Positions 12,786-24,477 of a DNA stretch of 64,000 nucleotides are shown here, piece by piece. Within the stretch, counting starts at the first letter, position 1. Each line of letters begins with the position of its first letter. This DNA is from Eledone cirrhosa (Eukaryota), in the NCBI GenBank assembly GCA_964016885.1, contig OZ024763.1, forward strand, positions 3,658,001 through 3,722,000. The letters run 5' to 3'. Made by a program: the position numbers and the translations under genes. Below the pieces are notes generated by a model. It did not search any database and was not told where the DNA came from. It saw nothing but the letters and a program-made list of their open reading frames with translations.

Positions 12786-13227
12786 GTATGTATGTATATG
12801 TACATGTATGTATATGAATATATATGTATGTATGTAGATATATATATGTGTGTGTGTGTGTGTACTCTGAAGTGGTTATGCTGGTGTCATAATAACATGC
12901 GCCCTGTACACTCGTGGCAGTGCTAGTGCCGCAAGAAAAGTGTTAAACGAAATACAGTGTAGTTAATTAGTAATAAAGCTACATGCGTGTTAAATAAACC
13001 CTGAAAAAATGTTGCAATACAGATCTGCCAACCTCTAAAAACCCAAACGGGGAGAACCATGAAAAAAAGATGCCCCAAAATGGGGAGATTTTACATAATG
13101 AAAGCTATACCCATTTTCACAAGAGAAGACATCGCTCACCTACTCCAAAGTGGGTGGGAGATCTTGTCGAGCAAGGAGAGTTGACAAGTCTGGTAATGTC
13201 ATTTTGTCATTTCATATTTCCTTGTAG

Positions 13228-13345
13228 GATAACATGACACCAAGCAGCGTCTCAATGGAAGATGAACTAAGTCTGACAGGAGTGACAGCAGAAGATGATG
13301 AAGCTGAGTGTATTCAGAAGATCTGTGAGACCGAGATTACTACTG
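13228..13345 (+). CDS. NCAPD2: NCAPD2 coding exon
   Basis: ttgtag|...|gtatgt; MEDELSLTGVTAEDDEAECIQKICETEI. Confidence 0.93.
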
Positions 13346-13379
13346 GTATGTCAACACTAATTCTTGTTTCTTTTTTAAC

Positions 13380-13598
13380 CCTTTAGCATTTACATTACTC
13401 TTTATTTTTTATTGTATTTCACAGTAAAGGCCTTTTCTCAATTAATTATCTCACATAATACCAAATCTAAGAGATTTTGATTTTATTTATTTTGAGAACA
13501 ATACCTTAACATTAGTATGAATGGCCAGTTACGGCCAGTTTGAACAGAAAGAGGTGACAGAATTCTGGCCAGATATGACCAGTTTAAATGCTAAAGAG
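13380..13598. mobile_element. piggyBac-type MITE (family also at ~4960-5905, 20840-21577, 23606-25564, 53400-53689, 63278-64000)
   Basis: TTAA|CCCTTTAGCATTTA ... TAAATGCTAAAGAG|TTAA; shared internal sequence among copies. Confidence 0.8.
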
Positions 13599-13946
13599 TT
13601 AAACCTGCTTAGACGTTAGCTATAATTTTCATTTTTTTTTTTTTTTTTTTTTGTCCTGTTGCTAAGTTATGAAGCCTCAAAGTCCTCCTACCAGCAGGTT
13701 CTCTGTTTCCAACTGATCTAGCTGGATCCCCAAATGTGACCAGCCAAGTTCATGGATATTATCCAACCATCTTGTTTGAAGTCTACCCCTGGTTCTCCTG
13801 CCAGTAGGTTTTGCCCATAAAATCTATCCAGCGAAACAATTTCTTTTAAAGTGTTTATATTTAACTCTTGTCCTACCATAAATTGCTTGTGTTAACCCCC
13901 CCCCCCCCCCTCCAACTAACTGACTATATAATGTCATTTGTTTTAG

Positions 13947-14070
13947 GTGAAAGCCTGCTAGCTGCTGTGGCCCCTTTGATTATAGGGATTTGCAAGAACC
14001 AGTCAAAATACAACAATGCTGAACTCCGTACTGCAGCTTGCCTGGCACTATCTAAACTCATGCTTATTAG
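13947..14070 (+). CDS. NCAPD2: NCAPD2 coding exon
   Basis: ttttag|...|gttggt; SLLAAVAPLIIGICKNQSKYNNAELRTAACLALSKLMLI. Confidence 0.94.
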
Positions 14071-14460
14071 GTTGGTAACAGATTTCACTTTAATATCTTA
14101 ATGTTATGAGATGTGGTCACACTCACCACATCTGTTATTGTTACTCTAACCACATCTGTTGTTGTAACACTCACCACATCTGTTGATGTCACACTCACCA
14201 CATCTGTTGATGTCGCACTCACCACATCTGTTGATGTCGCACTCACCACATCTGTTGATGTCACTGACCACACCTGTTGTCACACTCACCACATCTGCCA
14301 GTCCAAAAATGATGTTTCTATGAAATTGTTCTGACCATCACATATCTTCCGTGAATGAAGAGGCGAGGGGAAGATTGTAAAGGGCCGTAACTCTATGCCA
14401 CAAAGCATGTTGTCCGAAGCTCCCCCGATTACTACTAATAGATTATATTATATTCATAAG

Positions 14461-15083
14461 GGCGGTGGATTGGCAGTATCGGTAGAGGGTTGGGCGCCAT
14501 GCTTTGCAACAGAGTTACGGCCCTTTATGATCCGAGTTCAAATCTCACTGAGGTTAACTTTGCCTTTCGTCCTTACGGGATCAATAAAATAAAGTACCAG
14601 TAATGTACTGGGATAATTGCTGGCCTTGTGCCAAAAGTAGAAACAATTTTTTCTTAGAAAGGGTTACTTTGCCTTTCATCCTTACGGGATCAATAAAATA
14701 AAGTACCAGTAATATACTGGGATAATTGCTGGCCTTGTGCCAAAAGTAGAAACAATTTTTTCTTAGAAAGGGTAACTTTGCCTTTCATCCTTACGGGATC
14801 AATAAAATAAAGTACCAGTAATATACTGGGATAATTGCTGGCCTTGTGCCAAAAGTAGAAACAATTTTTTCTTAGAAAGGGTAACTTTGCCTTTCATCCT
14901 TACGGGATCAATAAAATAAAGTACCAGTAATGTACTGGGATAATTGCTGGCCTTGTGCCAAACGTAGAAACAATTTTTTCTTAGAAAGGGTAACTTTGCC
15001 TTTCATCCTTAGGGGATCAATAAAATAAAGTACCAGTAATATACTGGGATAATTGCTGGCCTTGTGCCAAAAGTAGAAACAAT
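14461..15083 (+). mobile_element. tRNA-derived SINE family C with 109-bp 3' unit repeated ~5 times
   Basis: B box GAGTTCAAATC; unit CTTTGCCTTTCATCCTTACGGGATCAATAAAATAAAGTACCAG...; minus copy ~53880-54045. Confidence 0.75.
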
Positions 15084-15120
15084 TGTATTCATAACGATGT
15101 ATTTTTTTGTATTTCTTCAG

Positions 15121-15276
15121 TTCTGAATTCTGTGACAACAACCTTCAGTTGCTGTTTACGATCTTGGAGAAGTCCTCCCTTCCAAACATCCGTGTCAACA
15201 CTATCATTGCCCTTGGAGACCTCTCTTCATTGTTCCCTAACCTTATTGAGCCATGGACTGCTCACATGTATGCCAG
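15121..15276 (+). CDS. NCAPD2: NCAPD2 coding exon
   Basis: cttcag|...|gtaagg; SEFCDNNLQLLFTILEKSSLPNIRVNTIIALGDL...PNLIEPWTAHMYA. Confidence 0.95.
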
Positions 15277-15580
15277 GTAAGGACTAGTGTTGTTGACCCT
15301 TCAGATATGATATCACCCTGCTCCTGTCTCACATGAAAACACCTCTGGTCATTGTTCATTTTACTGATGTTTGTGCATTGCCCTATGTACTGTACATGCA
15401 CTTTTTTGATGAGTTGTGGTGCACCTGGGCACTGTACACAATATTTCATTATTGTTATTGTTATTATATCATGACTCATACACTGTTCATTTTCCTGACA
15501 TTTGTACATTACATTATTCTATGTACTATACATGCACCTTTGATGAGTTGTAGTGCACCTGAGCACTGTACACAATAATT

Positions 15581-15615
<35 letters not shown>

Positions 15616-15664
15616 GGCATTAGGTCTGTGGTTGAAAGATGATTGTTTTAAAAAGTTAAAACAA

Positions 15665-16205
15665 TCTCTCTCTCACCATTCCTCTATCACTGTCACTTTC
15701 TTTCTCTTTCTCTATCGCTCTCTCACCATCATTCTCTATCTCTATCATTTTCTCTTTTTCTCTATCACTCTCTCTCTCTCTCTCTCACTCTCACTCTCCC
15801 AATCTCTGTTCCTCTATCACTTTCCCTCTCTCATTAACACTCTCTATCACTCCCTCTTTTTCTCTCTCTCTCTCTCACTCTCACTGTCCCAATCTCTGTT
15901 CCTCTATCACTTTCCCTCTCTCATTAACACTCTATCACTCTCTCTTTCTCTCACTCTCCCAATCTCTGTTCCTCTATCACTTTCCCTCTCATTAACACTC
16001 TATCACTCTCTCTTTCTCTCTCTCACTCTCACTCTCCCAATCTCTGTTCCTCTATCACTTTCCCTCTCTCATTAACACTCTCTATCACTCCCTCTTTCTC
16101 TCTCTATCAATTTCCCTCTATCTATCTTCTATCTATCTCACTATCACTCTCAATCTCTGTCCCTCTATCTCCCTATCACTCCCCCTCTCACTATCTCTCT
16201 CTCTG
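15665..16205. repeat. (CT)-rich pyrimidine tract with subrepeats
   Basis: runs up to the acceptor of exon 16213. Confidence 0.9.
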
Positions 16206-16212
16206 TCCCCAG

Positions 16213-16390
16213 GTTACGAGATCCTTCTCCATTGGTTCGTATAAACACAGTCCGTGTCCTCTCCCATCTAATACTCAACGACATGGTCAAAATTAAGGGC
16301 CAAATCAGTGAGATGGCCATCTGTATCATTGATCCCGATGAAAACACCCAGGCACTGGTTAAAATATTCTTTTCGGAACTTTCCCAAAAG
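16213..16390 (+). CDS. NCAPD2: NCAPD2 coding exon
   Basis: ccccag|...|gtaagc; LRDPSPLVRINTVRVLSHLILNDMVKIKGQISEMA...FFSELSQK. Confidence 0.95.
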
Positions 16391-16771
16391 GTAAGCCACT
16401 AAACTAAGTAATATATGTATATATGTATATATTCATTCTTTCTAACACCGGATTCACTAACGAAAGGTCTGTTTTCTGACTCGCTCATATATTCATACAG
16501 CTTATGCTGAAAGAATAACTATGTTGCTTGTGTTTATTTCCATCTTCGGTTAGCTTCCCCCTGTGTTGTTTACTTGTCTCACTCGCTTTACGCGTTTCTA
16601 TTGTCCTAATAACTTATTTTAGTTATTATCGCTCCAACGTGAGGTATATGATTTTTAATGCGATGAAATACCCATGATCGTTTGGTAAATCACTGATGAG
16701 GGACTCATTTTATAACATGTTATCCATGTGCAACCAGCAGTATTCTTCTCACCCATATTTTCATATATATT

Positions 16772-16830
<59 letters not shown>

Positions 16831-17538
16831 TATTATACACACACACACACACACACATATCAGCATCATCGTCATCGTTTAACGTCCATCTTCCACGTTA
16901 GCATGGGTTAGACTAGAGTTTTGCTTCATTTGATGTGGGAATGGTCAGGAGACCGTGTCTCGCTCATACAGGACTGTCTCTGGCAGGTTTTCTACGACTG
17001 GATGCCCTTCTTAACCACATTTACTGTGTGGACTGGGAGCCTTTTCCCTGTGTTTCCTACACGGCCACCTTACAGTGTGGACTGTTGTCATCGACACAGT
17101 GGACAGAACGGGAGAGGGGGTTAGGGTGTGGCGGTGGGGTGTACATTGAGTTAAGAGGTGTCTACTAACTGTAGGTTTGTATGCAATGGTAGTCGGGTCT
17201 TCTGCACAACTGCATGACGCCAAAGGTCTTGATCCAGTGTCATTGTCTTAGAGAGGTGTAGGTGGGCAAGGTCAGTTTTTATCACACACACACACAGTCT
17301 GTTTGCTTTTTACGTGAAGATGCATTCGTGAACACGGTGTGTAAAGCAAATTTGTGTAATTCAAGTCTAATTTTTCCATATATAAAAAATTTGAAAACCA
17401 CATACAAACACAATATTCACGCAAAGTGAATATTTTATATTTTTCTAGACGCATTAAAGTGAATTTGCGTGCCTCAAGTTCGCATAAAAAGTGAACAGAC
17501 CATATATGTGTGTGTGTATATATGTATGTATATACATT

Positions 17539-17571
<33 letters not shown>

Positions 17572-17572
<1 letters not shown>

Positions 17573-17760
17573 ACGAAGGAAATGTGGTAAGGAACCAGGT
17601 GGACCATAACGCACCAAAGTACTCAATACTTAGGGTAGTAGAGTGGGTAATAGGAACAAGTAAGACCCCGACGGCTGAGCTCAAGCCGTTTCGACGGCTA
17701 ATTCTGTACAGAATTAGCCGTCGATACGGCTTGAGCTCAGCCGTCGGGGTCTTACTTGTT

Positions 17761-17801
<41 letters not shown>

Positions 17802-17994
17802 ATGAAAAGAGTCAGGACCCCGACAGCTAGATCCAAAACTAAGCTGTTGGCTTAGTTGAGATCTAGCTATCGAAACGGCTGGAGCTCGGCCGTCAGGGTC
17901 CTGACTCTTTTCATATTACCCACTCTACTACCATAAGTATTGAGTACTCTGGTGCATTATGGTCCATCTGGTTCCTTACCACACTTTCTTTGTT
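17572..17994. repeat. branched fold-back: ~80-bp outer inverted repeat enclosing two inner hairpins
   Basis: outer arms 17572-17652/17914-17994; inner palindrome 17650-17765 centred on TGTACA; second hairpin 17801-17915. Confidence 0.93.
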
Positions 17995-17999
17995 ATATA

Positions 18000-18034
<35 letters not shown>

Positions 18035-18079
18035 CACAGAAAAAAAGAGAATCAGTGTTGCGACGAATGGAATTTATTG

Positions 18080-18174
18080 GACATATACAATCGTTTCTCT
18101 GGCGACCAGCTCGAGGCCCGATCGATGTGATGATCGAACCTGACTCTGAAAATCGCAAGGTCCTCAGATACGTC
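18080..18174 (-). ncRNA. degenerate type I hammerhead ribozyme motif
   Basis: minus strand: GACGTAT-CTGAGGA-(63-nt stem II, GCGA/TCGC, TCGATC/GATCGG)-GAAA-CGATTG-TA-TATGTC then AATAAA; register off by one nt at stem I. Confidence 0.55.
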
Positions 18175-18347
18175 TTGATTCTACGAAGCAGATTTTCCTA
18201 ATCTCTTTTTTTCTGTGATGATATTCTCTGCTCTGAGAGCATCGAGTGCTCAAACAGCCTACCGCATATGGACGCTTTAAGCATCCAACACCAATTATAT
18301 ATACACACACACACACACATGTAATATCTTCTCTGTTCTCCCTCCAG

Positions 18348-18442
18348 GTCAACGCCATCTATAACATCCTTGCCGATATAATCAGTCGTCTGTCAGATCC
18401 TGAAATTGGGGTCTGTGAAGAATCATTCCAGATCATTCTAAA
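18348..18442 (+). CDS. NCAPD2: NCAPD2 coding exon
   Basis: ctccag|...|gtaagt; VNAIYNILADIISRLSDPEIGVCEESFQIIL. Confidence 0.94.
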
Positions 18443-18652
18443 GTAAGTTCTAAAAGAAGTATATATATTATATTTGCATCATCATCATCATTATTTAACG
18501 CCTATTTCTCCATGCTAGCATGGAGAAATAGGCGTTAAACAAGTTGGCACATTATGAGACCAAGTCAAGCCCAGAGACCAAGTCTTGCTCATACAGATCT
18601 GTACTTCGGCTTGGTTTTTACGGCTGAATTTCTGAATGTCCTTCCTAACACC

Positions 18653-18898
18653 AACCACTTTACAGGATGAACTGGGTGCTTTTTATCATGGCATTGAAAC
18701 AACCACTTTACAGGGTGAACTGGGTGCTTTTTATCATGGCATTGAAACAACCACTTTACAGGGTGAACTGGGTGCTTTTTATCATAGCATTGAAACAACC
18801 ACTTTACAGGGTGAACTGGGTGCTTTTTATCATGGCATTGAAACAACCACTTTACAGGGTGAACTGGGTGCTTTTTATCATAGCATTGAAACAACCAC
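18653..18898. repeat. 48-bp tandem repeat (~5 copies) within a SINE-like element
   Basis: AACCACTTTACAGGGTGAACTGGGTGCTTTTTATCATGGCATTGAAAC. Confidence 0.92.
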
Positions 18899-19173
18899 TA
18901 GAGACCAGGCTGCCTAGGGTGGCTCTACCAGGGGCAAAGCTCCAGATGGTAACCCTCTTTCAGATCTACGGTGAGTCAACACACCACGGGTCACTGTTGG
19001 TCTGGAACCTCCCCTAGAGACCAGGCTGCCTAGGGTGGCTCTACCAGGGGCAAAGCTCCAGGTGGTAACCCTCTTTCAGATCTACAGAACACGCAAACCC
19101 CGTTCGCCACGATACGGCCAGAGTTTGTAAAGGGAGGTAACTAATTAGATCTTATGTTTCTCTTTCTTTGTAG

Positions 19174-19254
19174 GTTTTTGTTCAATTTCATCCGAAGTGA
19201 CAAACATGCGGAGAATCTGGTTGAGAAGATATGTCAGAGGTTCCGGGTTACATC
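19174..19254 (+). CDS. NCAPD2: NCAPD2 coding exon
   Basis: ttgtag|...|gtaagt; FLFNFIRSDKHAENLVEKICQRFRVT. Confidence 0.93.
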
Positions 19255-19285
19255 GTAAGTGGCTCACTTCATATTTCATGTGACA

Positions 19286-20410
19286 TGGTGGTGGTGGTGA
19301 AAGAGGGATGGTGTGGTGGTGGTGGTGGTGAAAGAGGGATGGTGTGGTGGTGGTGGTGGTGAAAGAGGGATGGTGTGGTGGTGGTGGTGGTGGTGAAAGA
19401 GGGATGGTGTGGTGGTGGTGGTGGTGAAAGAGGGATGGTGTGGTGGTGGTGGTGGTGGTGGTGAAAGAGGGATGGTGTGGTGGTGGTGGTGGTGAAAGAG
19501 GGATGGTGTGGTGGTGGTGAAAGAGGGGTGGTGGTGGTGGTGAAAGAAGGATGGTGTGGTGGTGGTGAAAGAGGGGTGGTGTGGTGGTGGTGGTGGTGAA
19601 AGAAGGGTGGTGTGGTGGTGAAAGAGGGATGGTGTGGTGGTGGTGAAAGAGGGGTGGTGTGGTGGTGGTGGTGGTGAAAGAAGGGTGGTGTGGTGGTGAA
19701 AGAGGGATGGTGTGGTGGTGGTGAAAGAGGGATGGTGTGGTGGTGGTGGTGGTGAAAGAGGGATGGTGTGGTTGTGGTGGTGGTGGTGGTGGTGAAAGAG
19801 GGATGGTGTGGTGGTGGTGGTGGAGGTGAAAGAGGGATGGTGTGGTGGTGGTGGTGGTGGTGGTGAAAGAGGGATGGTGTGGTGGTGAAAGAGGGATGGT
19901 GTGGTGGTGGTGGTGGTGAAAGAGGGATGGTGTGGTGGTGGTGGTGGTGGTGAAAGAGGGATGGTGTGGTGGTGGTGGTGTTGAGTGGTTTTGGTGGTGT
20001 GGCGACGGTGACGGTGATGAGGGTAGTGGTTTTGATGGTGGTGGTGGTGGTGGTGATTGGTACAGTTGTGATTTTGGAGGGTGGGGGTGGTAACGATGGC
20101 TTTGATGTGGTTTTGGTATGGTGGTGATTGGTGCAGCTGTGATGGTGTGGTGAGGTGGAGGTGGGAGCAGTGGTGGTGAGGTGGAGGTGGCAGTAGTGGT
20201 GGTGAGGTGGAGGTGGGAGCAGTGGTGGTGGTGAGGTGGAGGTGGCAGTAGTGTTGGTGAGGTGGCAGTGGCAGCAGTGGTGGTGAGGTGGAGGTGGCAG
20301 CAGTGGTGGTGAGGTGGAGGTGGCAGTAGTGTTGCTGCTGGTGGTGGTTGTTGTAGTTGTAATAGCAGGTGTGGTGGCAGCAGTGTTGTGGTGAGGTAGT
20401 GGTGGTGGTG
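19286..20410. repeat. (GGT)n-rich array punctuated by GAAAGAGGGAT
   Basis: fills nearly the whole intron between exons 19174 and 20467. Confidence 0.95.
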
Positions 20411-20466
20411 TTTTTTCATATGTTCTGGTTCTCTTACTTCAACCCCTCTCTCTCCTCTCCCTCCAG

Positions 20467-20650
20467 GGTGGAGCGTCAGTGGACAGATTTAGCATTTTGC
20501 CTTTCCCTGCTCACCTTTAACGAGAAATGTGTCCGCAAGCTGCAGGAGTACTTTAGCTGTTATGCAGACAAACTGGCTAATGATGACCTCTGTGACTATA
20601 TGCTGTCTATTCTAAAGAAGTCCAGAAGCCGCTGTAAGGCTCATTTTCAT
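20467..20650 (+). CDS. NCAPD2: NCAPD2 coding exon
   Basis: ctccag|...|gtaagt; VERQWTDLAFCLSLLTFNEKCVRKLQEYFSCYADKL. Confidence 0.94.
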
Positions 20651-21106
20651 GTAAGTTCACCCTCTATGTTGTTCTTGTTTCTTGTATTATTAATTGCACC
20701 CAGTACACTCTGCACTTATAGTCATGAATCTTGGGTAACCATCTCAAATATAAGGGGCAGAAGCTGGTACAGTAATGCATCAACTTCAGCATTCAGTAAT
20801 CAGAAGGGAGGTAGGTGTAAAAGCCAAACTTGGTATCTTTGACCCTTTAATGTTCAAACAGGCCAGAATTCTCTACCTCTTTCTGTTGAAACTGGCTGTA
20901 ACTGGTCACCCAAACTGATGTTAACCTTTTAACATTTAATCCGGCCAGAATTCTCTCACCTCTTTCTGTTCAAACTGGCTGTAACCAGCTGCTTATACTG
21001 ATGTTAAGGTATTGTTCTCAATATTAATAACATCAAAATCTCATCGATTCGATATTATGCAAGATAAAATCTTTACCACAAAAATACAATAGTATATATA
21101 GAGTAA

Positions 21107-21415
21107 TCATCATCATCATCATTTTACGTCCGCTTTTCCCTGCTTCCAAGGGTGGGACGGGAACTGATTCTGGCTTGATTTCTACAGCTGGATGCCCTTC
21201 TTAACACCAACCTCATTTACAGTGAGTGGGTGCTTTTTTGCAGTGGAATGATAGGGACCCCAGTCCTATCATCTCATTTCTACAGCTGAGTAAACTGGAG
21301 CAATGTGAAATAAAGTGTCTTGCTCAAGGAAACAACACATCACCCGGTCTGAGAATTGAACTCACAACCTTTCGATTGCGAGGCCAATGCTCTAACCACT
21401 AAGCCATGTGCCTCC
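21107..21415 (-). mobile_element. SINE family A copy inside a piggyBac-type MITE
   Basis: reverse complement of family A; interrupts GAGTAAT|GTAAATG of the MITE. Confidence 0.83.
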
Positions 21416-21980
21416 ATATGCCAGTAATGTAAATGCTAAAGGGTTATGGTATTGTTCTCAAAATAAATACTTTCAAAATCTCATATTCGATATTATGTGA
21501 AATAATTATGCGAGGTAAAGCCTTTACCATGAAAATATAATAGTATATATAGAGTATTGTAAATGTTAAAGGGTTAATTAACTATGGTTGTGAATCTTGG
21601 GTAATGACCAAAAGAATAAGATCGCGTAGAAGTGGTCGAAGTGGTCGAAATGGGATTCCTGCAAAGAGTCTGTGGAGTAACAATACCTGATAGTGTAGAT
21701 ACCCTAAGAAGAGTTGAAATCATTGTAGGCAAGATTTCACAGCTCTAGCATCACTCCTTCAGAGACAGACTTTAGTGTTTCTACAATCTATTCTTCACAG
21801 TATCTATCATTAGAAATACTTCAATTAAACAGTTAACGAGCTAAGACAATCGTTACCAGAAATACTTCAATTAAACAGTTAACGAGCTAAGACAATCGTT
21901 ACCAGAAATACTTCAATTAAACAGTTAACGAGCTAAGACAATCGTTACCAATGTTCTTTTCTTCGTTTCTGTTTATTTAG

Positions 21981-22140
21981 CCGACCATTGATGAGATTGA
22001 AGCCAAGATTATCCACTGCCATTCCAAGGGACTTGATGAGGATATCCCTGAAAATATCAGTGTATTCAAGACACCTGGAAAAGCTCCTTTAAAAACCAAA
22101 AAAAGGACTTCCAGCACAAACCTTAGAACTCCAAGACAAG
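21981..22140 (+). CDS. NCAPD2: NCAPD2 coding exon
   Basis: atttag|...|gtgagt; PTIDEIEAKIIHCHSKGLDED...KTPGK...LRTPRQ. Confidence 0.9.
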
Positions 22141-22761
22141 GTGAGTTTTTTTTTTATGTGGTAACCCTTTTTTTGTTTTAATTTGTTTTGTTTTGTTTTT
22201 TTGTTATTACATTTTATTGTTATTATTATTGGCAGAATCGGTAGAGCGTCGGACAACATGCTTTGTGGCATAGTTACATCCCTTTACGTTCTCAGTTCAA
22301 ATCCTACACACACATACATGCATATCTACCTAGTTGTTGTTTAAATTCCAATGAAAGTCATGTCTGTTAGAAACCAACTCTCTCTCTATTGGTAAAAATT
22401 TATAAAATTATAAAACCAGAAGAACATACATACATACTTACATATATATATATATATATATATCATCGTCATTTAACGTCTATCTTCCACGCTAGCATGG
22501 GTTTAGACGGGAATTTTCCCACTTGAGGCAAGATTGGTCGTCTCACTCGTATGGGACTGTCTGGCAGGTTTTCTACGGCTGGATGCCCTTTCTAACACCA
22601 ACCACATTTACAGTGTGGACTGGGAAGTTTTTACCGTGTTACCTACACGGCCACATTACAGCGTGGACTGTTTTTTTTTTTTGTCGTGACACCTATACGA
22701 CTTCATTTATTTAGGACTGGATGTTGTGGTTCCAACATAACTTTACATATACACTCCATAT

Positions 22762-23088
22762 GGGGGCACATGACTTTGTGGTTAGAGCCTTGCAATCGAA
22801 AGGTTGTGAGTTCAATTCTCAGACCAGGTGATGTGTTGTTTCCTTGAGCAAGACACTTTATTTCACATTGCTCCAGTTTACTCAACTGTAGAAATGAGAT
22901 GATAGGGACTGGGGTCCCTATCATTCCACTGCAAAGTGGTCGTGGAGGTGCCACGGCAAAAAGCACCCACCACTCACTGTAAATGAGGTTGGTGTTAGGA
23001 AGGACATCCAGCTGTAGAAATCAAGCCAGAATCGGTTCCTGTCCCACCCTTGCAAGCAGGGAAAAGCGGACGTAAAATGATGATGATG
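22762..23088 (+). mobile_element. SINE family A copy
   Basis: matches 38471-38813. Confidence 0.83.
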
Positions 23089-23148
23089 ACACTTACATAT
23101 ATACATACATAAAAACATACTAATACAATTCCCATGTATCTGTTCCAG

Positions 23149-23235
23149 CTAAAGCTCCATCAGTAGAAACCAGGGTTACCCCAAGGCACTCTCAGAGGAA
23201 GAAAAATAAAACATCTTATTTCTCAAGTGACAGTG
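23149..23235 (+). CDS. NCAPD2: NCAPD2 coding exon
   Basis: ttccag|...|gtaagt; KAPSVETRVTPRHSQRKKNKTSYFSSDS, phase 1 to 1. Confidence 0.82.
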
Positions 23236-23419
23236 GTAAGTATGGCTTCATTGAATCTCTTCTTTCTTTTTTTCAGAGACTTTATAGAATGAAGTACCAG
23301 TTATATACTGTCGGTACTCACAGGTATCAAATATCTAGAGTGGTATGTACCCCAATGACTGGATGCACCTGTTATGGGGAGATGCACCCTGCCAAGTATC
23401 TCCAAGGCCCATTGAAATG

Positions 23420-23505
<86 letters not shown>

Positions 23506-23727
23506 TTACCAATGTCAGAAAAACACATTTATGGAAGAAATCTGCTGTGTTCTGACCTGAGGAGGGCAGGCGGGGCTCAGCCAGGTTTTGGAAAAATGGC
23601 CTTAACTCTTTAGCATTTAAATCGGCTGTATCTGGTCAGAATTCTCTTACCTCTTTTGTTCAAACCAGCTGTAACCGGTCACTCATACTGATGCTATGGT
23701 ATTGTTATCAAAATCTCATAGATTCGA

Positions 23728-24472
23728 TATTATGTGAGGTAAAGCCTTTACTGTGAAAATGCAATAGTATATATAGAGTAATGTAAATGTTATGTGAGAT
23801 ATTATGTGAGGTAAAGCCTTTACTGTGAAAATACAATAGTATATATAGAGTAATGTAAATGTTATGTGAGATATTATGTGAGGTAAAGCCTTTACTGTGA
23901 AAATACAATAGTATATATAGAGTAATGGAAATGTTATGTGAGGTAAAGCTTTTACTGTGAAAATGCAATAGTATATATAGAGTAATGTAAATGTTATGTG
24001 AGATATTATGTGAGGTAAAGCCTTTACTGTGAAAATGCAATAGTATATATAGAGTAATGTAAATGTTATGTGAGATATTATGTGAGGTAAAGCCTTTACT
24101 GTGAAAATACAATAGTATATATAGAGTAATGTAAATGTTATGTGAGATATTATGTGAGGTAAAGCCTTTACTGTGAAAATACAATAGTATATATAGAGTA
24201 ATGGAAATGTTATGTGAGGTAAAGCCTTTACTGTGAAAATGCAATAGTATATATAGAGTAATGTAAATGTTATGTGAGATATTATGTGAGGTAAAGCCTT
24301 TACTGTGAAAATGCAATAGTATATATAGAGTAATGTAAATGTTATGTGAGATATTATGTGAGGTAAAGCCTTTACTGTGAAAATGCAATAGTATATATAG
24401 AGTAATGTAAATGTTATGTGAGGTAAAGCCTTTACTGTGAAAATGCAATAGTATATATAGAGTAATGTAAAT
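23728..24472 (-). repeat. same 70/58-bp minisatellite, opposite strand
   Basis: reverse complement of the 4966-5808 unit. Confidence 0.95.
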
Positions 24473-24477
24473 ATTAA

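Noticed and set aside
16660-16730. CTGATGAG and palindromic AACATGTT in a (TA)-flanked segment as another hammerhead
   Set aside because: No GAAA after stem II and no stem I pairing; may be a decayed member but cannot be supported
23277-23287. Alternative terminal NCAPD2 exon (ETL*)
   Set aside because: Would need a 41-nt intron, implausibly short
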